Source: a virus (taxonomy: Duplodnaviria > Caudoviricetes). From it: a DNA stretch of 53,903 nucleotides. The position numbers and the translations under genes are program-made. The notes below the pieces were generated by a model. The model made no database searches, was not told the origin of the DNA, and saw only the letters and a list, made by a program, of their open reading frames with translations. Position 1 is the first letter of the stretch; every line of letters starts with the position of its first letter. Below, piece by piece: positions 47,901 through 53,903 of the stretch. The stretch covers positions 1 through 53,903 of the IMG/VR virus record IMGVR_UViG_3300028284_000009. One strand, given 5' to 3'.

Positions 47901-50900
47901 GAAAGCAGTTCTAAAGCTGAAGTAAAGTTAGCTAAAACATTATCACCAGAGCAAAGTGCGGAGTTGTCTTCTGACATATCTACTATAAAGAACTTAGCTG
48001 AAGATAATGCAGTAATAGCTAAAAAGTTTGGTAAAGAACCTATAAAAGGAGCTAAGCAATTTAGGCTAGAGCAGAAAGTTTTAAGCGGTGTAAAAGATGT
48101 TGTAGATAAACTAGTAACTAACAGAACAAAAGCACTTTATGATCCTATTGCTTCAGACGCAAAAAGAAACGTCAGTAGATCAGAGTATATGGATTCTATG
48201 AGGTCTGATGTAGAGACAATGATTTTGAATGAGTATAATGGATCTCAAGATCTAGAAAAATTTATTATAAGTCGAGGTTACTTAAGAGCAAATAATCTAG
48301 CGCAAAGACTAGGTATTGAGTCAAAAGAAGATGGAGGCATAAAGTCTGATGTTACAGAAGCAAAGAACTTATCAAGTAGCGAAAGCGATTTTAGTTCTGA
48401 AACAAGTATTGACGCTGATGTTAAACTAATTAAAGCTACTAAAATACTATCAAAAGAGCAATATGATAAAGTTTTTAAAGAAGTTGAAGCGGCTGTATCA
48501 TCTATAGACCCTAAAGATTTAAGTTACAAAAAAGTTAAAGGGTTTGGAGCTGAAATCTTGTCTGAAATCACAGGTGTTCCTGTCGAAAAGATATTAGAAA
48601 CAAACAAAAACATGTCTAAAGGACAGACTACCAGCGGCGCTATGTTTATTGAGAAAAACATCGACTACATTAGAAAAACTTTACCAAAAGGAGCTGTTCA
48701 AGAGGCAGCTAACGATGATTTAATGGGCACAGCAACTAATCTTCCTAATAAAGTTCTTAAAAAACTGTATAATAAAAACCCTAGAATTACTAAAAAATCT
48801 GGATTATCCCCTTATACGTTAAAACCAGGTTTAAGAAACCAAGATATACTAGACGCTATAGGAAGACCTAAAAGAGATGACGGTAAGAAAATACAAATAA
48901 ACCCTAGATCACCTGAAGCTGTAGCTATTCAAGGTTTATTAAACATAATCGAAAGAAACATTTCTAATGAGTTAGTTAGAACTGTTGAAAGTGATTTAAC
49001 TCTTGAGCAAAAACAAGATGTTGCAGCAGGTAAGAGTGATACAATGTTTTCTAAAAGAATTGAAGACGTTACAAGCAAAGATTTTCTAAGCAGCGAAGTA
49101 TCTGCAAAAGCTAAAACTTCTATAATTAGCAACGTTAGCAAAGTGTTAATTGGTTCTAGAGCCAGTGATAAATTAATGACAGATCTTAATAGCGCAATAT
49201 CAAAAAAGATTGAAGAGTCTAAAAACATGAGCCAGGTTCTAGAATCAATGTTTGAAGAATCTGAAAAAATATTAAGTACTAGGCAGTCTAGAGAGCTTCA
49301 AGCTAAATTAATTGTTGCTATTCAAGACAGCTTTACCGAAAACCCAAGTAATAGATCTTTAGTTTATAGCGCAGCTAAATCTATAAGAACATTTTTTAAG
49401 TATCAAAGAGAAATAATAGGATACGGGTACATAAAAAACAAACTAAAAGAAGACGTTAGTAAATCTGAAACTTTAGAAGAAAAAGTTAAAACTATTAAAG
49501 AGTTTTTAGTTTTTGGTAGTAGATCTATAAGAACATCTAAAATTGATGGTATAACAACTAATAAAGAGATTTTTAATAAAATAATTAAACCACTAAAAAA
49601 CGCAGACAAAGACTTAGAAGGTTTTCGTACTTTTACTAGAAAAAATAGATCTTATATTACCTACAACGGTAAGGTAGTAGCTGGTTTATCTAGCATATAC
49701 GATATTAAGAACAATTTCGCTAATAGTGAAAATTTAATAAATGATGAAGCAACGAAATCTAGAGATTATATTATAAAGCAAATAGATCAAGCTAGAAAAA
49801 ATAAAGATATAGACGGAGTTATAGCTATGCTAGCAGTGCTATCTTCTGATCAAAGAGGTGCTTTAAGAAAATCGTCTCAAGCAGGTTTCTATGTTGAAGG
49901 TGTTGATTCTGGAAAACTTATATTAGAGCATGAAATGGAAGCTTTTTCAATACATGAGTCTTATGTGCAATACGCTAAAGATGGCGATATAATCAAGCTA
50001 AAACAAGCACTCTCTGAAGCTTACGTTAATTCTATACCTAAATACTTGGACGCTTTATTAAACTTTAAAGGCAATAAACTGTCAAATATAGAAAGATATA
50101 AAACAGAAAAGATCATCAATGAGTTAAGAAGACTAAACAAAGAGGGTAGATTAAAGAATTTTGACCAATCAAGATACGGTGTTAAGCTGAGTAAGTCTAT
50201 TAACTTAGACAAAGAGTTTAATGACATTATCGAAAACAAAACAGGTATAGAGTCTTACAAAAACTACAAAAAAGTTAAAGCTCAAGTAGTTGGAGCAAGT
50301 AAAGGTAAATTTAACTTCTTTATCGCTCCTTCAGCTGAAGACTTTGTTGGGTTGCTGTATAAAACCTTAGGTAAAGGCAAGATTGGAGACGCTCAGATGG
50401 CTTGGTACAAGGAAAACTTACTTGACCCGTATGCAAGAGCTATGCAGAAAGTGTCTAGAGATAGAAACTTTATGGCTAGAAATTTTTTAGCAATCAAAAA
50501 AGAGCTAAAGATTGTGCCTAAAAACTTGAAAAAGAAAATACCAGGAGAACCTTTTACTCAAGAACAAGCTATTAGAGTTTATATTTGGAACAAAAAAGGA
50601 TCTACTATACCAGAAATATCTGAAAACGATAGTATATACTTAACAAACTTTGTGGAAAACAATGAAAAGTTGAAAACTTTTGCAGATCAAGTGATAGCTC
50701 TTAGTGGTATTGAAGATTACGCTAAACCTGGTGACTCTTGGGTTACTGGAACTATTACAACTGACATGTTAGAGGCTTTAAACACTACAAAAAGAGCAAA
50801 ATACCTGGAATTATGGCAACAGAATGCAGATGAAATATTTTCTGAGAAGAATTTAAACAAGTTAGAAGCTGCTTTTGGAGCTGATTACAAAGAAGCAATG

Positions 50901-52181
50901 AAAAACATTCTAAAAAGAATGAAAACCGGTAGAAACAGAGCTTTTGGTGGTGATAGCTTAACAGGTAGATTTGTTGACTGGATGACAGGTGCTACTGGTG
51001 CTATCATGTTCTTCAACACTAGATCTGCTGTTCTTCAGACTTTGTCAGCTATTAACTTTATAAACTTTGGTGATAACAATATATTTGCCGCTTCTAAAGC
51101 GTTTGCTAATCAAAAACAATATTGGAGTGACTTTAAGATGTTGTTTAACTCTGACTTTTTAGTTGAGAGACGTGATGGGTTAAAAATCAATGTAAATGAA
51201 GCTGATATTGCTGATATCGCTAAAGAAAAAGGCGTTAGAGGTTTAATCAACAAGCTGCTTAAATTAGGTTTTACACCTACGCAGTTAGCGGATAGTTTTG
51301 CTATCGCAACCGGTGGAGCTACTTTTTACAGAAACAGATTAAAATCATTGATAAAAGATGGTATGGATCCTGTTGCAGCTGAGAAACAAGCAATGAGAGA
51401 CTTTAGAGAAACAGCTGAAGAGTCTCAGCAATCAAGTAGACCTGATAAAATTAGTGCTCAACAAGCGGGTCCATTAGGGCGTACTATACTTGCTTTCTCT
51501 AACACACCAGCACAATACGCACGTATAATTAAAAAAGCTGCTAGCGACATTAAGAATGGCCGAGGAGACTTAAAAACGAATATATCTAAGATCATGTATT
51601 ACGCCATTGCACAGAACTTATTGTTTAATGCATTACAAAAGGCTTTATTCGCTGCTGTGTTTGATGAAGACGAAGAAGAAATTGATGATAAAACTATTAA
51701 TATAGTAAACGGTATGGCTGATTCAATACTTGTAGGTACTGGTGTAGTTGGAGCCGTAGTATCTGTGTTGAAGAACGCTGGGGTGAGATGGGTTAAAGAA
51801 GAACAAAAATCAAATCCAAAATATGATAATGCTGCTTTTGAGTTATTAAAAATATCTCCACCATTATCTTCTAAAATAAACAAGCTTAGAGCTGCTTCTC
51901 GATCCTATGATTGGGATAGAAATAAGATGAAAGAAAGTGGTTTGAGCATCGATAATCCAGCTAACTTAGCTATAGGTAATGTTGTTTCTGCTGTCACAAA
52001 CATACCTTTAGATAGAGTCGTAAAGAAGGTGCAGAATATAAAAGCGGCAAGTGATTCGGAAATAGAAACTTACAAAAAAATATTTCTACTAGCTGGTTGG
52101 AGCAAATGGGATCTTGGTATTAAAGATACTAAGAAAAAGAAAAAGAAAAATAAAAGAAAAAACAAAAAAATATTTTATTAA
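44934..52181 (+). CDS. Giant multidomain ejection/internal virion protein with zincin metallopeptidase motif
   Basis: 2415 aa; AAHEFLH (47469-47483) plus EE (47646); duplicated N-terminal EAL.YS..LFSKDGY.GS.E unit; amphipathic Gly/Ala segments. Confidence 0.7.
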   Translation: MNEEALLYSFELFSKDGYKGSIEDYKELIKTNKEALDYSYSLFSKDGYEGSEESFQNLITAEPAKTKDAVKVTADAASENQAEDTGLESEAGLLDSSSDKFKEFLLKQGVEPQQDITDDEFESFLDAADGISPGAKLDLKTAGYKVKIKDETKSILKSKSSQLPKTDLGAIDFDNKKAIEKFRKDAFLDFTSKNSTIQNKIIPNIKKDIKPAVDEYVKQAMAKYDLNDPSSMTQDNIDAFNKDVNSFYSNLMNTKLSNNIDFKALTSAFDESVDDQTASSLQGFIRSKDMPTLYKMGQKAKEFGYGTPTAVKSIVKAVTSIRGINESTKEWTNNANYKQVIDKAVDFEKNEARAKEEGWSEQTEGYFIEDKNNKKGSYRFVPRFRGRLSSKDGVSYRDENDLVEQNKPANSELVTWGNFKLIFKQYEKEQDEKALKAFADIQEEQFILSNYDSSELDEIFKGNDIVANSITLAAEQLPQMALAVITLGASGALQMGGEIYTQGIDVEARKRFNLSDQDRVTLDMKKEIFKDKKFMNSLEAKSVAGGFVAGQMERFGAGKTLKPFLAGANKSLLRSGYKNFLKEVTNRVVANTQNSSMEAITETGQELITAAASGGDLDANQLFDSGATGFISSFATGLGGNIKSQSVAEAKAFSRIIAGKLNSNSSEAILNFKIKEIENLASNETDANVKKDLLEKRDVILDVRNVGLTIPKDFNSNSKSKAIDLIVKKKQIEKDIEGKDPELVTKQKEEIKKINSQLQAVAENNVFEKTLENVEKLSGKVKRVNVKSLDNAKAVDNFIKENNLEIDKKASEQQGFIYQNKETGEQTIIINKEVALKDKAVNVAAHEFLHALLFQTVKNSPDTQVALGDSLKSYLNEVDASQIKDSQFAKRLDQYKKDPKNIAAEEVITLFSDALATGDIKFNESVFTKIGDVVRRALQSVGVNIKFNSGKDVYNFVKDYNKSISKGKLTKAQIKASKGVEGNLVAKEVESSSKAEVKLAKTLSPEQSAELSSDISTIKNLAEDNAVIAKKFGKEPIKGAKQFRLEQKVLSGVKDVVDKLVTNRTKALYDPIASDAKRNVSRSEYMDSMRSDVETMILNEYNGSQDLEKFIISRGYLRANNLAQRLGIESKEDGGIKSDVTEAKNLSSSESDFSSETSIDADVKLIKATKILSKEQYDKVFKEVEAAVSSIDPKDLSYKKVKGFGAEILSEITGVPVEKILETNKNMSKGQTTSGAMFIEKNIDYIRKTLPKGAVQEAANDDLMGTATNLPNKVLKKLYNKNPRITKKSGLSPYTLKPGLRNQDILDAIGRPKRDDGKKIQINPRSPEAVAIQGLLNIIERNISNELVRTVESDLTLEQKQDVAAGKSDTMFSKRIEDVTSKDFLSSEVSAKAKTSIISNVSKVLIGSRASDKLMTDLNSAISKKIEESKNMSQVLESMFEESEKILSTRQSRELQAKLIVAIQDSFTENPSNRSLVYSAAKSIRTFFKYQREIIGYGYIKNKLKEDVSKSETLEEKVKTIKEFLVFGSRSIRTSKIDGITTNKEIFNKIIKPLKNADKDLEGFRTFTRKNRSYITYNGKVVAGLSSIYDIKNNFANSENLINDEATKSRDYIIKQIDQARKNKDIDGVIAMLAVLSSDQRGALRKSSQAGFYVEGVDSGKLILEHEMEAFSIHESYVQYAKDGDIIKLKQALSEAYVNSIPKYLDALLNFKGNKLSNIERYKTEKIINELRRLNKEGRLKNFDQSRYGVKLSKSINLDKEFNDIIENKTGIESYKNYKKVKAQVVGASKGKFNFFIAPSAEDFVGLLYKTLGKGKIGDAQMAWYKENLLDPYARAMQKVSRDRNFMARNFLAIKKELKIVPKNLKKKIPGEPFTQEQAIRVYIWNKKGSTIPEISENDSIYLTNFVENNEKLKTFADQVIALSGIEDYAKPGDSWVTGTITTDMLEALNTTKRAKYLELWQQNADEIFSEKNLNKLEAAFGADYKEAMKNILKRMKTGRNRAFGGDSLTGRFVDWMTGATGAIMFFNTRSAVLQTLSAINFINFGDNNIFAASKAFANQKQYWSDFKMLFNSDFLVERRDGLKINVNEADIADIAKEKGVRGLINKLLKLGFTPTQLADSFAIATGGATFYRNRLKSLIKDGMDPVAAEKQAMRDFRETAEESQQSSRPDKISAQQAGPLGRTILAFSNTPAQYARIIKKAASDIKNGRGDLKTNISKIMYYAIAQNLLFNALQKALFAAVFDEDEEEIDDKTINIVNGMADSILVGTGVVGAVVSVLKNAGVRWVKEEQKSNPKYDNAAFELLKISPPLSSKINKLRAASRSYDWDRNKMKESGLSIDNPANLAIGNVVSAVTNIPLDRVVKKVQNIKAASDSEIETYKKIFLLAGWSKWDLGIKDTKKKKKKNKRKNKKIFY

Positions 52182-52215
52182 TTGAATTTAAAACTAGAAA
52201 AATAACAATTAGAAG

Positions 52216-52497
52216 ATGAATAAAATTTCTGAAAACACAGAGGTAACATTAGATGTAAAGACATTAATAATAATTATATCGTTTGTGGTATCATTCGTTG
52301 GTCTTTATTTTGCTTTGCAAACCGACATAGAGTTAGCTAAAAAATTACCAAAGCCTCAAGTAACTAGAACAGAGTACGATCTTAAAGATCAGTTGATTAG
52401 AGAAACAATCATAAATACTCAAGAGAAGGTGCAGGAAAATAGTAAGAAACTAGACAAAATTGACGAGAAATTGTATGAGATAATAGAAAAAAAATAA
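52216..52497 (+). CDS. Single-TM coiled-coil protein (lysis accessory candidate)
   Basis: LIIIISFVVSFVGLYFAL followed by coiled coil; two genes upstream of the endolysin. Confidence 0.55.
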   Translation: MNKISENTEVTLDVKTLIIIISFVVSFVGLYFALQTDIELAKKLPKPQVTRTEYDLKDQLIRETIINTQEKVQENSKKLDKIDEKLYEIIEKK

Positions 52498-52500
52498 CCC

Positions 52501-52815
52501 ATGAAAAAGATTTTAATTTTAATTTTATTAACCTTTGCCTCTAGTATGTGTGCTCAAAAATACGTGCTACTAGAAATAAATTCCAAGTGGAATGCAGGAA
52601 ACCCAGCTATAATAGCTAAACTACAAAACGTAAAGCATATAAAAGCGTTTTTAGAGGATCAACCAAAAAGCGTTAGAGATAAAGTTAGAGCTGTACCTTT
52701 TGTAACTATGTACAAGGACGGCAAACCTATTGGTAAGTGGACAGCTGATATAACATTTAAGTTATGTATATCTCCAGAGCAGATACAAGAAGCTATAAAA
52801 AAATCTAACAAATGA
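52501..52815 (+). CDS. Exported thioredoxin-fold protein lacking CxxC
   Basis: Signal peptide ...CA|Q; EINSKWN at the WCxxC position; VRAVPFVTMYKDGK cis-Pro strand. Confidence 0.55.
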   Translation: MKKILILILLTFASSMCAQKYVLLEINSKWNAGNPAIIAKLQNVKHIKAFLEDQPKSVRDKVRAVPFVTMYKDGKPIGKWTADITFKLCISPEQIQEAIKKSNK

Positions 52816-53198
52816 AATTAACAAACAACTTTAGTTTAAAAGAGTTTGAATGCAACTGTGGTTGCTCTATGCCTAGCTTCGTTAAAGACAATGTGCTGAA
52901 ACTCGTTGAAGATCTTCAAGTTATAAGAGAAAAAATAGACAAGCCGATTAAAATAACAAACGCTTATCGATGCAAGTCACATAACGCAAAAGTTGGAGGC
53001 GCTAAGAACTCTCAGCATTTACTAGGTAAAGCTGCAGATCTTCAAGTGAAAGACGTTAAACCTAAAGAAGTAGCTGACTTAATTGAGTCGTTAATGAAGA
53101 GTGAATTAATTAATAAAGGTGGTGTTGGTAGATACTCTAGTTTTACGCATGTAGACATAAGAGGCACTGATGCTCGATGGAATTTTGTAAATAAATAA
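52812..53198 (+). CDS. Endolysin, peptidase M15A family
   Basis: NFSLKEFEC, AYRC..HN..VGGA.NSQHL.GKAAD, FTHVDIRG. Confidence 0.9.
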   Translation: MKLTNNFSLKEFECNCGCSMPSFVKDNVLKLVEDLQVIREKIDKPIKITNAYRCKSHNAKVGGAKNSQHLLGKAADLQVKDVKPKEVADLIESLMKSELINKGGVGRYSSFTHVDIRGTDARWNFVNK

Positions 53199-53199
53199 T

Positions 53200-53370
53200 A
53201 TGGAAAGAAAAGGGATTGGGCCTCAAGGCTTAGGGAGTAAAGGAAACAATGGTTTTTGGGTTGGATCTCCAGCACAACAAAATTGTTGGGACACTCATAA
53301 AATAGGAAGTCCTAAAACAAAGATATCTGATAAAACTGGAAAAAGAGTTAATAATTGTGTAAAAAAATAA
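53200..53370 (+). CDS. Small protein (56 aa) with CW...NCV motif
   Basis: MERKGIGPQGLGSKGNNGFWVGSPAQQNCWDTHKIG...GKRVNNCVKK (manual translation). Confidence 0.6.
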   Translation: MERKGIGPQGLGSKGNNGFWVGSPAQQNCWDTHKIGSPKTKISDKTGKRVNNCVKK

Positions 53371-53371
53371 T

Positions 53372-53449
53372 ATGATAGAGAAACTAAAAAAAGAATGGAA
53401 CTCGTTTTTATACTGGTTGATGTTCAAGAAAGAAAAAGGAACAAAATAA
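53372..53449 (+). CDS. Possible 25-aa peptide
   Basis: MIEKLKKEWNSFLYWLMFKKEKGTK directly after the previous stop. Confidence 0.4.
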   Translation: MIEKLKKEWNSFLYWLMFKKEKGTK

Positions 53450-53483
53450 ATAGGCGTACCATACCTAAAGTTCCTGTACCAAG

Positions 53484-53516
53484 AAAGGGCCCTCGTATTG
53501 AGGACCCTTTTTTTTT
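53484..53516 (+). terminator. Intrinsic terminator between convergent units
   Basis: AAAGGGCCCTC-GTATT-GAGGACCC followed by T9; the A-rich 5' side may allow reverse use. Confidence 0.8.
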
Positions 53517-53538
53517 GTTTACAGGTATGTATAGCATA

Positions 53539-53903
53539 CTAGCCGTCACACGCTAGACAATCTTCACTCATTGCTTGTTGTGCAATATCTCCACGTAGAA
53601 CACTTTCAGTTCTTGTGTAGTACAAAGTCTTAACACCTGATTTCCAAGCTTCGTAATGAACTTTGTTCAACCACTTTGGAGTAGCTTCAGAAGGAAAAGC
53701 TAGGTTTAAACTTACTGACTGATCTATATACTGTTGCCTTAAACCAGCTTGGTTTACTAACTCTAACTGATTAATTTCTTTAAAAGTTCTAAAAACTTCT
53801 TTAACAGGTATATCATGATTACCAACAAGAACATTATCAAGCTCTTTAATATCTTGCACAGATCCTCCATCAACTAATATTTTATTCCATACATCACTAG
53901 TAT
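53539..53903 (-). CDS. nrdA: Class I ribonucleotide reductase alpha subunit, C-terminal part (5' end outside window)
   Basis: RQQYIDQSVSLN, GVKTLYY, terminal CLAC. Confidence 0.92.
   Translation of the reverse strand, partial: TSDVWNKILVDGGSVQDIKELDNVLVGNHDIPVKEVFRTFKEINQLELVNQAGLRQQYIDQSVSLNLAFPSEATPKWLNKVHYEAWKSGVKTLYYTRTESVLRGDIAQQAMSEDCLACDG

Noticed and set aside
44934-52181. crAss-type virion RNA polymerase
   Set aside because: Size and position fit, but I found no DxDxD/DFDID catalytic motif; a divergent fold cannot be excluded without structure prediction
8561-53427. Many minus-strand ORFs within the late unit (e.g. 8561-9016, 22101-22580, 43995-44465, 46865-47341) and the alternative-frame ORF 43158-43358
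   Set aside because: Antisense or short off-frame shadows of long genes, with no motifs
8268-53449. Stop-codon reassignment as in some crAss-like phages
   Set aside because: Genes are full length and densely packed under code 11; TAG acts as a real stop (11274, 13870, 31777, 40860)

Overview
AT-rich segment of a tailed dsDNA phage, most likely a podovirus of Flavobacteriia/Bacteroidota. Support: AT-rich start contexts without Shine-Dalgarno sequences, signal peptides followed by Gln, and a terminase-portal-scaffold-capsid-ring-muzzle-cargo gene order resembling crAss-like and Cellulophaga podophages; the taxonomy is inference. Two transcription units diverge at about 8 kb. (1) 1-7.9 kb, minus strand: early region of about 30 short genes (KTSC, GP88-like, DnaA-domain-IV-like, two paralog pairs). 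It carries 13 copies of a 36-bp motif (TTTACAAAAATAATACG-N10-GATAATATA), a repeated TGCTATACACA box and a promoter-driven tRNA-like structured RNA. (2) 8.27-53.45 kb, plus strand: fibre cluster, GT32 glycosyltransferase, GroEL, GroES, a tandem GroES-like protein, holin, terminase, portal, scaffold, major capsid, tail proteins, an inserted nucleotidyltransferase, three ejection proteins (one of 2415 aa with a zincin motif) and an M15 endolysin. It ends at a terminator facing the 3' end of a class I ribonucleotide reductase alpha gene. Leading hypothesis for a new system: the 13 non-host-type early promoters are read with help from a sigma-region-2-like segment inside the giant ejected protein. 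Other leads: the tRNA-like RNA, DnaA-like boxes, a possible overprinted gene in terL and DNA-level conserved repeats in the fibre genes. All family calls come from motif recognition by eye, not database searches.
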